DNA of 64,000 bases from the NCBI GenBank assembly GCA_013151935.1, contig JAADHI010000124.1, positions 41,718-105,717 on the forward strand. Direction: 5' to 3'. This stretch comes from Candidatus Manganitrophaceae bacterium (GTDB taxonomy: Bacteria > Nitrospirota > Nitrospiria > SBBL01 > JAADHI01). Positions 36,555 to 46,178 of this stretch are shown here, in pieces (position 1 is the stretch's first letter; each line of letters opens with the position of its first letter). A program made the position numbers and the translations under genes. Under the pieces are notes generated by a model. The model did not search any database and was not told the DNA's origin. It saw only the letters and a list, made by a program, of their open reading frames with translations.

Positions 36555-36570
36555 ATACAATATATAGACA
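36555..36570 (-). promoter_or_regulatory. NrdR-box-like palindrome next to a TTGACA -35 element upstream of nrdJ
   Basis: The minus strand reads tgtCTATATATTGtat. The 10-nt core fits the published NrdR consensus acaCwAtATaTwGtgt. It lies 8 nt upstream of TTGACA (36541-36546). A convincing second box was not found. Confidence 0.3.
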
Positions 36571-36725
36571 AATATAAAATACAAACAACATCATCTTGTG
36601 GAATCTCTGAATATAAGCTGTGGAGAAGATGTGTAAGAAAAAAGGACATTTCCCTCTAAGTCACGAATTTATTTAGGTTTTGCTTTGTGGAAAAACAGGA
36701 AAAATACTCTGACGAAATAAATCAA

Positions 36726-37679
36726 CTACTGCATGCGAAAATAGTAGAGCGTTGTCTGCTGCCCCGTACGCCGAACCACGGCCGAGACGGTCTTGAAAGT
36801 GTCATTAACCTGACCCGTGGCTCTGAGGGTGAAAAACTGGCTGTCTTTTCTCTGCCAATCCCCGATACGGTTGATCACATCGGTGGATAAGAGGTTTCTA
36901 AACTCTGAACGCCAGGTGGTCGCCTCATCAAAGGGACGTTTTTCGATAATGCGGCGCGCCACAGACTCATCCAAATCAAGATCAAAACTCTGCAAAACCA
37001 AAGAATCTGCCGTATTGATATTGATCAAACCCTCCCCATAAACCGTCAGATAGGGAGAGATCTGAGTATAGATTGCATTCGTAATCCCGCGAACCATGTA
37101 CAACTCCTCTAAAGTCTGCATGGCTCCATTTCTCGCAGCATAACCCGGATTACCGGCTTGATAACTTGGACTTTCCGCACCATAAGGCATCGGAACATCA
37201 TCCGGGTCGATCCAATCCACAATCGCATCCGTCAAATCAGGATTGATCTCTAGCAGCTCAAACAAGCGCATGAGCTGGTCTTGCCTTTTTTGAATCACCT
37301 TGCCCGTACTCTGATTGACCAACTTATTGATATTGATCTTGCGTTCTTCGTCTACAATAAATCCACTCAATAGACCATCCCCCAGGGGATATTCTGGAAT
37401 GGCTGCGGCCCAGAACTCATCCACGCCATCATAAGCTGCGCTGTTTTTTGCATCATCTTTTAGCAGGGCTTCACCCGCAGAAATCCCGGAACGGGCAAGA
37501 TATTCGGCCTTTAAATCATCTCTAAAATTACCCGCAGCACGCAGATCCGCTCGAATCTGATAATCAGCCTCAAAAATAATGATCACCAAGAGCACAACGA
37601 TCAAAAGACTCAAAAGCAGCGCAAAACCATTTTGGTTTCGCAAGCCTGTGCCGGGATATTTAGGAAGCAACCTTTTCAT
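36726..37679 (-). CDS. gspK: type II secretion system minor pseudopilin GspK
   Basis: N-terminal NGFALLLSLLIVVLLVIIIF. The HhH-type segment is TLEELYMVRGIT...ININTADSLVLQSF...ARRIIEKRPF. It overlaps gspM by 20 nt. Confidence 0.8.
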   Translation of the reverse strand: MKRLLPKYPGTGLRNQNGFALLLSLLIVVLLVIIIFEADYQIRADLRAAGNFRDDLKAEYLARSGISAGEALLKDDAKNSAAYDGVDEFWAAAIPEYPLGDGLLSGFIVDEERKININKLVNQSTGKVIQKRQDQLMRLFELLEINPDLTDAIVDWIDPDDVPMPYGAESPSYQAGNPGYAARNGAMQTLEELYMVRGITNAIYTQISPYLTVYGEGLININTADSLVLQSFDLDLDESVARRIIEKRPFDEATTWRSEFRNLLSTDVINRIGDWQRKDSQFFTLRATGQVNDTFKTVSAVVRRTGQQTTLYYFRMQ

Positions 37680-38229
37680 AAGAAAGGACCAGGAAAGTAA
37701 CGTCCATCAAATCTGGATTCGAAAACCGTGTTTTCATGGAGAGTCGCTTAATCCGCAAACGATTCTTGCTGTTTTCAAGTGCAGCGAGGAAAGGGATGAT
37801 TTCAGATAGCCGAACCTTTTCGACTTTGACTTCGACTGGAACTTCTCGGTATCGCGACAGGTGTTCCTGTGCTGCCAGTGGTCGGATAAAAGCGATATTG
37901 CCTTTGATCCTATTTTTTGCCGCGTGTTCTTCAAGAAAGGAGAGGGCTGAAAAGCTACTTTCTTCTGGAAGCGCATGCACAATGGCGTCAATTTCTTTCG
38001 AGACGCCCTGAAACGACTGCTTTAAGTCTATGAGTTCACTCAAGTCGCGTTCCTTCCGAGGGATCAAGCTATCCAACTGCTTCATGCGTTCCAGTGTTGG
38101 ATCAACCAGAAAAAAGAAAATAATAAGAAAACTTGCGATAAAACCACCACCGCCCAACATCCATTTTTCCCGTGTGGAAAGACGAATCAAAAACTGATCA
38201 ATCCTTCCTAAAAATCCACTTTTTTCCAT
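37660..38229 (-). CDS. gspM: type II secretion system protein GspM
   Basis: 189 aa and bitopic (TM GGGGFIASFLIIFFFLV). The call rests on its position after gspL and its size and topology. Confidence 0.6.
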   Translation of the reverse strand: MEKSGFLGRIDQFLIRLSTREKWMLGGGGFIASFLIIFFFLVDPTLERMKQLDSLIPRKERDLSELIDLKQSFQGVSKEIDAIVHALPEESSFSALSFLEEHAAKNRIKGNIAFIRPLAAQEHLSRYREVPVEVKVEKVRLSEIIPFLAALENSKNRLRIKRLSMKTRFSNPDLMDVTFLVLSYEKVAS

Positions 38230-38277
38230 TGCTTTTTATGTCCTCATGTTCCGCAAATGATGCCCAAAGCTTTTCAC

Positions 38278-39972
38278 TTATTCCGCCGCATCTCGTACGG
38301 CCATCTTAATCCGAAACCGCACATGTGCCTTATTAGCGGCAACCTTCGCGTCACTCATCTCGACCTGTTTAAATTGGTTTGTCGCAAGCAAGGCACTTCG
38401 AATACGATCCACCGACTCAAAGGAGTCGGTCTGGGCCTGAATACGCACACTCCCGTCATCAATCACCAAATTGAAGACATCAATCGTAATCGTTTCAGGG
38501 ATCGCCAGCGTAATATCGCTCAAAACCTGGAGTGGACTCCGCTCATTGAGCCCTAAAAAAGCCCCGGTCTTTTGACGTTCACTGATGGCCGTTCGGGTTT
38601 GAGCCAATTCATTCACCACATTTTTAACATTGGGGAAAATTTCAGTAAAGGCCATCCTGACCTCACTTTTCAAATTCTGGTAACGATTTTCCTTTTTTTG
38701 ATAATGTAAATAAAGGTCTGCGCCCATCAATCCCAGTAGAAAAAAAACAATCATCGTCAAGCTGACAAAACGGTGTCGACGTGCAATGGTCTCTTTGCCA
38801 AAGACAAATTCACCCCGCCGAAAATTAATGGGTGGCCCCTCGCTTTCTTGCAGGGCCAGCCCAAAAGCCTGCGCATATACCGGAGCAATTTCTTCTTCAG
38901 GAACCCGATCAATCCCGGCAATGCCGGCGGCCAGACCTCCTTTTTCGAAATTAACACCGATGGCCTCCATTTCAAGGTTGTTTGCCAGTTGACGCTCAAA
39001 ACCCTTGATCTCACTGCCTCCACCACACAAGTGGAAAACCCGCCGAACCGGACCTTGGGCCTCGTCCTGCAAACCCTGCGGCACATCCTGTTTACTTTCG
39101 GGAGAAAAAATACGAATGCTCTTCTCAATCTCCAAGCTTAAGGCGGAAAGGCCCTTCTCAAGGGCCTCCAGTTCGATGATCTCCTGCTCATTGGTCGGAT
39201 CATCCATGGAGAGATCAATCTCGGTTTTTCGAGCTTCCGCAGCTTCCCAAGTCAGACCCGAAAATGCCATCATGGTTCGCGTAATATCGTCTCCACCCAA
39301 AGGGATGGTGCGGACCCAATTGAGGCTTGTCCCACGAAGATGACAAAGCACGGTACGAGTGGCTCCCACATCAACAAGGAAGGTTTCGGTCTCGCTGCCT
39401 TTTTTGAGTCCCAGAAAATAACGGGCGTAGGCCATAAGAGAAAGTGGGTTTTCACCCACCCAGGCGGGGTCAATGCCAAGCTCCGCAAGATCCTGCAAAT
39501 AGGCTCTGATCAGCGTATTCTGAATGGCAGAAACAAGCAGGTGCGTTTCTTTTTTTGAGGCCTCTCTCCCGAGATCATCAGCGCTTTGACGTAAGGGTTT
39601 TTGAAGGAAGGTATAATCAATCGTCAATGCTTCTAAATCAAAAGGCAGCTCGCTTTCAACTTCATAGGGGGTAATTTGCTCGATCTTTTTGAGATCGCTA
39701 AAGGGCAAGGTCAACTCCCGCGTGGAAATAAAATCTCCGGGAATCGAAAGGGCGATCAAGTCCCCTTTTTTAATCTGGCCCTGCTCAACAAGTTCTGAAA
39801 GCGCGGCCATCTGAGCTGAATCTAAAAGACCTTGTTCTGGCGGCTCTGTTTCAGACATCACCACCGGCGCTTCAAAAACATCCAAGAGCCGCACCCCACG
39901 AAAATTTCGCGTCACCCGCACGCCCTTTACAGAAGCGCTACCAATATCTAAACCTAGAATCGTCTGTCTCAT
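38278..39972 (-). CDS. gspL: type II secretion system protein GspL (PilM-like actin-fold N-domain plus TM plus PilN-like C-domain)
   Basis: ILGLDIGSASVKGVRV opens an actin-like ATPase fold. A central TM follows (FVSLTMIVFFLLGLMGADLYL), then a periplasmic C-domain. 564 aa. Confidence 0.7.
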   Translation of the reverse strand: MRQTILGLDIGSASVKGVRVTRNFRGVRLLDVFEAPVVMSETEPPEQGLLDSAQMAALSELVEQGQIKKGDLIALSIPGDFISTRELTLPFSDLKKIEQITPYEVESELPFDLEALTIDYTFLQKPLRQSADDLGREASKKETHLLVSAIQNTLIRAYLQDLAELGIDPAWVGENPLSLMAYARYFLGLKKGSETETFLVDVGATRTVLCHLRGTSLNWVRTIPLGGDDITRTMMAFSGLTWEAAEARKTEIDLSMDDPTNEQEIIELEALEKGLSALSLEIEKSIRIFSPESKQDVPQGLQDEAQGPVRRVFHLCGGGSEIKGFERQLANNLEMEAIGVNFEKGGLAAGIAGIDRVPEEEIAPVYAQAFGLALQESEGPPINFRRGEFVFGKETIARRHRFVSLTMIVFFLLGLMGADLYLHYQKKENRYQNLKSEVRMAFTEIFPNVKNVVNELAQTRTAISERQKTGAFLGLNERSPLQVLSDITLAIPETITIDVFNLVIDDGSVRIQAQTDSFESVDRIRSALLATNQFKQVEMSDAKVAANKAHVRFRIKMAVRDAAE

Positions 39973-39984
39973 TACAAGCTGCGT

Positions 39985-40884
39985 CTACAGTCCAAGAGGG
40001 ACCGCCTTTCCATTCACAGAAACCTGTGGCGCTCGGATTGGGCCATTGATTCGAATTTTCAAAGGACTATTGGCCGTGTAGCCTTGCACAAAGAGTTCCG
40101 CCATTTCTTGTAAAGATCCCTTTGGGCTAGCAAATAAAGAGAGGGTTATCATGCTATTTTCCGGGGGATTTCGAAGCAAGACCACGCCACTTTCACTCCT
40201 TAAATCAGCCATTTCACCCTTGGCTGAAAAAGCTTCAAGAACAACACGTCCGTCTTTCCAAAAAGCCTGTGCATCTATTTGTGAAAAGCTTATTTCTCCA
40301 ATCGGAAGCTCAAAGCCGCCAAAAGACTTAAATCGTCCTTTTTTGATTCCTAAAAGAAGCTTTCCTGAACCTTTCATAACATCCTGGTTTTGCCAAGCAC
40401 CTTCGCCCTGAATCGAAATCAGGGCAGAGAAACCCTCCTCTTCAAACATCAGTTGAGCCCCTTCGGTCCGAAGCGAGACGGCAAGCGCTTCTGCTTCCTC
40501 TTTCAGACGCAAATGCCCTGGAATATTGCCAAACGCCGAGCCGATTAAAAAATCAACCTCAAGTGTTTTTTCAAACAAAAGCGGCAAAAGCGCAAGATCC
40601 ATATCCAGCGATTTCAATTGGAATGTAAGATCTCCTCGCCCCCGCAAACCCAAACGCTGCTTCGGACAACGCCCCGTCAAACCCCGCGTACGGATCTTTA
40701 CAGGCAGCGCGTAGGTACTTTGCGCTACGGTCACGACACAACCCGTTTCAGACGTCAAGAAACGCAATGCTTGTTTTTCGGCAAGATCAAAAGGGAAAGT
40801 TAACCATAAGAAAAAGACAAAGGCCAGTAAAGCAAAGACACTATAAAGCAAAAAACGAACAAATTTTTCTTTTTGAATTTTCAT
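39985..40884 (-). CDS. GspN-like bitopic T2SS accessory protein (tentative)
   Basis: N-terminal TM FVRFLLYSVFALLAFVFFLWLTFPFD, then a beta-rich periplasmic part. It is embedded between gspJ and gspL. The start is moved to ATG 40884 (TGA GTG TTG ATG). Confidence 0.4.
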   Translation of the reverse strand: MKIQKEKFVRFLLYSVFALLAFVFFLWLTFPFDLAEKQALRFLTSETGCVVTVAQSTYALPVKIRTRGLTGRCPKQRLGLRGRGDLTFQLKSLDMDLALLPLLFEKTLEVDFLIGSAFGNIPGHLRLKEEAEALAVSLRTEGAQLMFEEEGFSALISIQGEGAWQNQDVMKGSGKLLLGIKKGRFKSFGGFELPIGEISFSQIDAQAFWKDGRVVLEAFSAKGEMADLRSESGVVLLRNPPENSMITLSLFASPKGSLQEMAELFVQGYTANSPLKIRINGPIRAPQVSVNGKAVPLGL

Positions 40885-40890
40885 CAACAC

Positions 40891-41550
40891 TCAGAGTCCC
40901 ATGGGCAGATCCACCCACGTTTTGAAACGACGCGGAGGATGACCCTCCACTTTAAGAATAAACTCAATCTCTACAACAGTCGGCGCTTTGGGATTTGCGC
41001 CAAGGGTCTCCCAGGTCTCGACCCATTCAGCGCTGTTTTTTGGCAAGTAACGAAAACTCAAACCCTCAATAGGCCCCGCAAGCTCATTGACCAAAATACT
41101 GCCATTAGAAAACCGTGTCTCTTGAATCAAATATCGGTTTTCAAGGGCATAGCGCATCACCAACTGCTCGGAGGCGGGGACATCGCCGATACGGCGGTGC
41201 GAAACGGTACTGAATTCAATCGCATCGTTCGGAAAAGTTTCATTTCCCTGTAAACGCTCACTGTTTTTTCCGTTAAAAACCATCGTCTTTTTCGCGTTGT
41301 TCCCCTCTGGGTCTTGTGACACAAAAAACATGCTCAAGTCATTGGCAATATAATAAAGACTCATGCGCGTCATTCGATAGCGCTCAGCATCGGCCTCCAT
41401 TTGCTGAGTGCCCTGATGTACATTGCTAAACGTGCCATAAATCACAACAAAAATAATCGCGACAATGCCCAAGGAGATCATCAGCTCCAAAAGCGTAAAA
41501 CCCGCTTGCCCCAAAGGGCTTGAGTGAGATGATTTTTTTCCTTCTACCAC
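40891..41550 (-). CDS. gspJ: type II secretion system minor pseudopilin GspJ
   Basis: Prepilin motif QAGFTLLELMISLGIVAIIF. 219 aa. GTG start 4 nt after the gspI stop. Confidence 0.75.
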   Translation of the reverse strand: MVEGKKSSHSSPLGQAGFTLLELMISLGIVAIIFVVIYGTFSNVHQGTQQMEADAERYRMTRMSLYYIANDLSMFFVSQDPEGNNAKKTMVFNGKNSERLQGNETFPNDAIEFSTVSHRRIGDVPASEQLVMRYALENRYLIQETRFSNGSILVNELAGPIEGLSFRYLPKNSAEWVETWETLGANPKAPTVVEIEFILKVEGHPPRRFKTWVDLPMGL

Positions 41551-41554
41551 CGGA

Positions 41555-41965
41555 CTACGACTCTGAAATGGGGGCTAAACTTCTGGCTTTTGTCCCGCGA
41601 TCAAAAAGATAGGTGGTCACCGCCAGGGAAACCTCTCGATTGTTCTCCTGCCAAAGCACTTCCAGCATAATCTCCCGCACGACATTAAAGGGCGTTTGCA
41701 CTACATCCTGACGCCAAGTGTATTGCGGAAAGTCTTTACCAAAATCGCCCTTTTTTTCGCCTAACTCAGGGAAACCCTCCGCAGAAACCTCTGTTACTTT
41801 TTGTCGTGCAAGCAAAGTGGCCTCAATAATATGACGACTTCGCGCCGCAAGCGTAATGCCCTGATTCCGAAGTCCCAGTAAAACAACTAAAGCAATGGAC
41901 AAAATGGACAAAGCGATCATGACCTCAATCAGCGTAAACCCCTTTTTGCCATTTGCAGTGTCCAA
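41555..41965 (-). CDS. gspI: type II secretion system minor pseudopilin GspI
   Basis: Prepilin motif KKGFTLIEVMIALSILSIALVVL. The track ORF (to 42163) overlaps gspH. I prefer TTG at 41965 (LDTANGKKGFTLIE), which gives about 136 aa. Confidence 0.65.
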   Translation of the reverse strand: MDTANGKKGFTLIEVMIALSILSIALVVLLGLRNQGITLAARSRHIIEATLLARQKVTEVSAEGFPELGEKKGDFGKDFPQYTWRQDVVQTPFNVVREIMLEVLWQENNREVSLAVTTYLFDRGTKARSLAPISES

Positions 41966-42002
41966 ATGGCAAAAAGGGTCTCTTTTTACACCTAAGTTCA
42001 AG

Positions 42003-42548
42003 TTACAGCCCTGCCCGTTCGATTTTTTCGATGTAGGAATCAAAGATCTTGACACGTCCGGTGAGGCTGTTGACGATGAGTGTCCAGACCGTGCCATCCT
42101 CCTCTTTGAGATGAATGGTTGTTTTTTCAACACCCAGGGGGAAAAACTCGGTATAGGCTTCACCGTCCTGCACCTTGCCGTGACGAAAGGTCACAACATC
42201 CTCAAAAACAAGACCATCCGGCAACTTACGACCTGCAATCAAATCACCCGAAACGGGGACAAATTCCCGACCTTGTAGGATTTTGACCGAATAAGCCTCT
42301 TCTTCAAAATCGTAATAGAGTCGATAATATTTTTTTGTTGCAAGCGATTCCTGAGCCAAATGCTGGATCAAACGCGAGAGATGACGTGTCGCAGCCTTTC
42401 CTGAATTTACCCCAAAAGCAGAGAGTTTTGGGAAGACCATCAGTGCGGTAATGCCTAAAATGCTCACGATAACCATCAGCTCTAACAGGGTAAAGCCTGC
42501 GTCATGCCGATGCCTATTAGTTGAGATTCCAGCTTTCGAGATCGGCAT
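42003..42548 (-). CDS. gspH: type II secretion system minor pseudopilin GspH
   Basis: Prepilin motif DAGFTLLELMVIVSILGITALMVFP. The start is placed at the internal ATG (MPISKAG...) and is uncertain. The track start is 42605. Confidence 0.7.
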   Translation of the reverse strand: MPISKAGISTNRHRHDAGFTLLELMVIVSILGITALMVFPKLSAFGVNSGKAATRHLSRLIQHLAQESLATKKYYRLYYDFEEEAYSVKILQGREFVPVSGDLIAGRKLPDGLVFEDVVTFRHGKVQDGEAYTEFFPLGVEKTTIHLKEEDGTVWTLIVNSLTGRVKIFDSYIEKIERAGL

Positions 42549-42978
42549 TGTCCCCTTCTCCGCCAGGTTCATTGTCCGTCCCATAAGAAACGAGGTCATA
42601 AGCACCGTTTGACCCCGGACTTAGATAGACATAAGGATTATCCCAGGCATCATCCGGTATCTTGGATAAATATCCGCCCTCCTTCCAATGTTTCGGAATC
42701 ACACCGACGGTCGGCACATTCACGAGGGCATGCAATCCCTGCTCTGTACTGGGATAAACCCCGTTATCGAGCTTATACAACTGAAGCGCGCCCTCGATAT
42801 TTTTAATTTGCGCCTTGGTTGAAACCCGTCGGGCCTGGTCGGTACGCCCCACCATCTTTGGCGCAACAAGTGCGATCAAAATAGCCAAAATGGTCACAAC
42901 CACCATAATTTCAATCAAAGTAAAACCGCGCTCGCGCAAATGTCGTTTTTTTAGATTTTTCCTATTTGCTGATCTCAT
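42517..42978 (-). CDS. gspG: type II secretion system major pseudopilin GspG
   Basis: ERGFTLIEIMVVVTILAILIALVAPK...AQIKNIEGALQLYKLDNGVYPSTEQGL is the GspG signature. The start is moved to the ATG at 42978, preceded by AGGAAAG. Confidence 0.9.
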   Translation of the reverse strand: MRSANRKNLKKRHLRERGFTLIEIMVVVTILAILIALVAPKMVGRTDQARRVSTKAQIKNIEGALQLYKLDNGVYPSTEQGLHALVNVPTVGVIPKHWKEGGYLSKIPDDAWDNPYVYLSPGSNGAYDLVSYGTDNEPGGEGDNADLESWNLN

Positions 42979-43025
42979 CACTTTCCTCAAATTCATTCCG
43001 ATTGAAGCCCTCACTTAAAAATACC

Positions 43026-44246
43026 CTAGCCGACCATCTGGCTCACTTCAAAAATCGGCAGTAAGATGGCTAACACAATAAAAAGAATCGCAAACCCCAT
43101 CCCCAAAATCATGAGAGGACCTAAGAGCGAAGTCATGCCGGTCACACTCGTCTCCACTTCATTATCGTAGGCTTCTGATACCTTTTGAAGCATGGTTTCT
43201 AACTCACCACTTTTTTCACCGATACTAATCATATGTGTCACCAAGGGCGGAAAAAGGCCACTGCGTTTAAGCGGATCGGCAATCGACTCCCCTTCTCGGA
43301 TATTGCCACGTGCTTCTCGAATGGTCTCTTCCAATACTTTATTGCCCACGACTTCCTGCACAATTTCAAGTGCCTTTAGCAATTGTACGCCACTGGCCAA
43401 CAAGGTGGCGAGGGTCTTTGTAAAACGGGAAATCGCCACCATTTTAACCACTTTGCCAAAAATCGGAACTTTGAGTGAAATCCGGTCGTATTTTTCCCGA
43501 CCTTCAGGTGTTGCAATATGTCGCCTCAGAAAAAAGAACCCTAAGGCCAAAAGCAGAAAAAGCAGCCATCCATAAGCAATCACAAAATCGCTTATGGATA
43601 AAAGAATCACTGTCGGTAAGGGCAGGGCTTGATTCAAATCATCAAAAATCGAAGTCACTTTCGGCACAACATAGGCGACCAAAAAAAGGAGGATCAGGCC
43701 ACTGACCACCATCATTAAAATGGGATAGGTCATCATGGAAAAAATCTTCCCACGCAAACGCACCTGATTTTCGAGATAGTCCGCGAGACGTAATAAAATT
43801 TTATCCAAGGCACCACTGGCTTCACCCGCTCGGACCATATGACAGTAAAGGTCTGAAAAAACCTTGGGGTGACGACTTAAGGCATCTGCAAAGGTACTGC
43901 CTTCTTTAACCCCCTCACGCACATCCACCCAAACCTTTTTAGAGGCCTTGTTTTCCGTTTGCTCTATCAAAGCGGCCAAACCTTCCATAATAGAAAGTCC
44001 CGCACCCGCAAGCGTTGCCATCTGACGCGTCATAAGCGCTGTCTCTGAAAGACTCACTTTTTGCCCAAAAGAAAAGGCTTCGCGGGCCTGCACTGCGGCA
44101 GCGGCTTTGGCCGTGATCACCTCGGTCGGGAAAATGCCACTCTGGCGGAGTTTGCTCCGGGCCTGACGCGGATTATCAGCATCAATCACACCCGCCATAT
44201 TTTTTCCCCTCAGATCCAAACCCTTGTATTCAAAAACAGCCATCAA
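43026..44246 (-). CDS. gspF: type II secretion system inner-membrane platform protein GspF
   Basis: 406 aa. The GspF/PilC repeat is duplicated, with 3 TM segments. Confidence 0.9.
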   Translation of the reverse strand: MMAVFEYKGLDLRGKNMAGVIDADNPRQARSKLRQSGIFPTEVITAKAAAAVQAREAFSFGQKVSLSETALMTRQMATLAGAGLSIMEGLAALIEQTENKASKKVWVDVREGVKEGSTFADALSRHPKVFSDLYCHMVRAGEASGALDKILLRLADYLENQVRLRGKIFSMMTYPILMMVVSGLILLFLVAYVVPKVTSIFDDLNQALPLPTVILLSISDFVIAYGWLLFLLLALGFFFLRRHIATPEGREKYDRISLKVPIFGKVVKMVAISRFTKTLATLLASGVQLLKALEIVQEVVGNKVLEETIREARGNIREGESIADPLKRSGLFPPLVTHMISIGEKSGELETMLQKVSEAYDNEVETSVTGMTSLLGPLMILGMGFAILFIVLAILLPIFEVSQMVG

Positions 44247-45953
44247 TTAAATCTTCTCTTCTTGCGTCACACGGAGCACTTCTTCCGTCGTCGTCAAACC
44301 GGAAATCACTCGTCTTGCCCCATCTTCTCGTAAGCTATTCATGCCCTTTGAAAGTGCCGCCGCTTTAATCTGCGTCGAGTCTGCCTTTGAAAGAATCATG
44401 TTTCGAATTTCATCGTCGAGCAATAAAATTTCATAAATACCAGAACGTCCCTTAAAACCCGTATTCAAACACTCGGAACAGCCAGGGCCTTTAAAAAATG
44501 AATGTTTGGAATCCGGTGGTAGGCCCATTTTTTCATATTCTTCCGCGCTGGGCTGATAGGCCTTACGACACTCTTGGCAAATTCTTCGGACCAAACGCTG
44601 GGCAATCATCGCGACGACAGAAGAAGAGACCAAGAAAGGCTCAATACCCATATCCAGTAAACGTGTGACCGCACCCGCAGAGTCATTGGTGTGTAGTGTC
44701 GAAAAAACCAAGTGCCCGGTAAGGGAGGCCTGAATGGCAATGGTTGCGGTTTCGCTGTCTCTGATCTCTCCAATCATGATGACATCGGGATCCTGACGTA
44801 AAATAGAACGCAAACCACTCGCAAAGGTAAGCCCTATTTTTGAATTGACTTGAATCTGCCCAATGCCCTGCAACTGATATTCGATGGGGTCTTCAATGGT
44901 GAGGATATTTTTATCCGGAGAATTGATACGACTCAAAGCAGAATAAAGGGTTGTGGTTTTCCCACTCCCGGTCGGCCCGGTGACCAGAATAATCCCGTGG
45001 GCCAAATCAGTTAGATTTTCCATGGACTTTAAATCTTTGTCTGAGAGGCCGATCTGAGTCAAATCCAGTGACTCACTTGATTTTTCTAAAATCCGCAAAA
45101 CCAAACGCTCGCCATGCGCTGTGGGAATATCAGAAACACGGATGTCAATCTCTCGCCCACCAATTCTGAGGCTAATTCGGCCATCCTGAGGCAGACGTTT
45201 TTCGGCAATATTCATGCCTGCCATAATCTTAACACGGGAGATAAGGGCGGACTGAAGACGCTTTGGCGAGGTCAAGACATTGTAGAGTACGCCATCCACA
45301 CGGTAGCGCACCTTCACTTCGCGCTCAAAAGGCTCAAAGTGAATATCGGAGGCCCGTTGCTGTACGGCCTTAAAAAAGATGGAATTGACCAGTAATATCA
45401 TTGGCGCTTCGTCATCTGTATCCAAGAGGTCTTCCGGTTCGCCGATTTCCTCCGCCAACACACTCAAATTATCCCCTGAAAAGTCGGAAATCGCATCTTC
45501 CGGGCTGTCCGTTGCCAACTCATAAACCTGATGAATACAACGCATAATTTCTTCAGAAGGCACAATCACAAGATCCATCTGGCTTTTGAGCAGGATAAAA
45601 AAGTCATCCAGTGCACGTAAATTCAGGGGTTTTGCTGTCGCACAAACGATACGTTTACCCTTACGTTTGATCGGCAAGAACTGATGACGTTTTGCAAAAG
45701 AAAGTGGAATTTTTTCAGTCAGTGCGGGGTCGATTTCGTTAATGTCCAGCTCAGTCTGATAAGGCAGGTTCCACTGTTCCGAAAGCGCTTCGAGTAAAGT
45801 CCCCTCTTTTAAGAGTTTAAGACGCAACAAAATATCACCAATCGAGCCGCCTTCTTCCTTTTGCAGTTCGAGGGCTTCTACAATTTGCTCCGCGGTGATC
45901 GCACCTTTCGCAATAAATATTTCGCCAATGAGGGGGCGTTTCTGATGTATCAA
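44247..45953 (-). CDS. gspE: type II secretion system ATPase GspE
   Basis: Walker A GPTGSGKTTT. Asp and His boxes are present, as is the tetracysteine motif CQECRK...CSEC. TTG start preceded by AGAGG. Confidence 0.9.
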   Translation of the reverse strand: MIHQKRPLIGEIFIAKGAITAEQIVEALELQKEEGGSIGDILLRLKLLKEGTLLEALSEQWNLPYQTELDINEIDPALTEKIPLSFAKRHQFLPIKRKGKRIVCATAKPLNLRALDDFFILLKSQMDLVIVPSEEIMRCIHQVYELATDSPEDAISDFSGDNLSVLAEEIGEPEDLLDTDDEAPMILLVNSIFFKAVQQRASDIHFEPFEREVKVRYRVDGVLYNVLTSPKRLQSALISRVKIMAGMNIAEKRLPQDGRISLRIGGREIDIRVSDIPTAHGERLVLRILEKSSESLDLTQIGLSDKDLKSMENLTDLAHGIILVTGPTGSGKTTTLYSALSRINSPDKNILTIEDPIEYQLQGIGQIQVNSKIGLTFASGLRSILRQDPDVIMIGEIRDSETATIAIQASLTGHLVFSTLHTNDSAGAVTRLLDMGIEPFLVSSSVVAMIAQRLVRRICQECRKAYQPSAEEYEKMGLPPDSKHSFFKGPGCSECLNTGFKGRSGIYEILLLDDEIRNMILSKADSTQIKAAALSKGMNSLREDGARRVISGLTTTEEVLRVTQEEKI

Positions 45954-45997
45954 AGTAACCTCTAAGGGGTGTGAAAAACCTGTGACAAAACGGGCTT

Positions 45998-46176
45998 AGA
46001 AACCTCTGATTAAGTCTGGATTGGATGTTCCAAGAGAAACTTTTGGTCGATTCGAGATAAAAATCACGGGCAATAACCCGTTTGATTCAAAACTAGCACC
46101 AATAGTAAACGCTTTCGCGACGCAGAAATGGGACATAATGGCCTTAAAAACCGATTCATAACTTGATCAGAGTTTG
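45998..46176. repeat. intergenic inverted-arm element, copy B (about 179 bp) between gspD and gspE
   Basis: Left arm AGAAACCTCTGATTAAGT (45998-46015, identical to copy A). Right arm ACTTGATCAGAGTTTG (46161-46176) ends 2 nt from the gspD stop codon. The interior blocks are colinear with copy A. Confidence 0.7.
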
Positions 46177-46178
46177 TT

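Noticed and set aside
36413-36649. 78-aa minus-strand ORF upstream of nrdJ
   Set aside because: It lies in an AT-rich promoter/leader region, has no RBS, and overlaps the nrdJ start.
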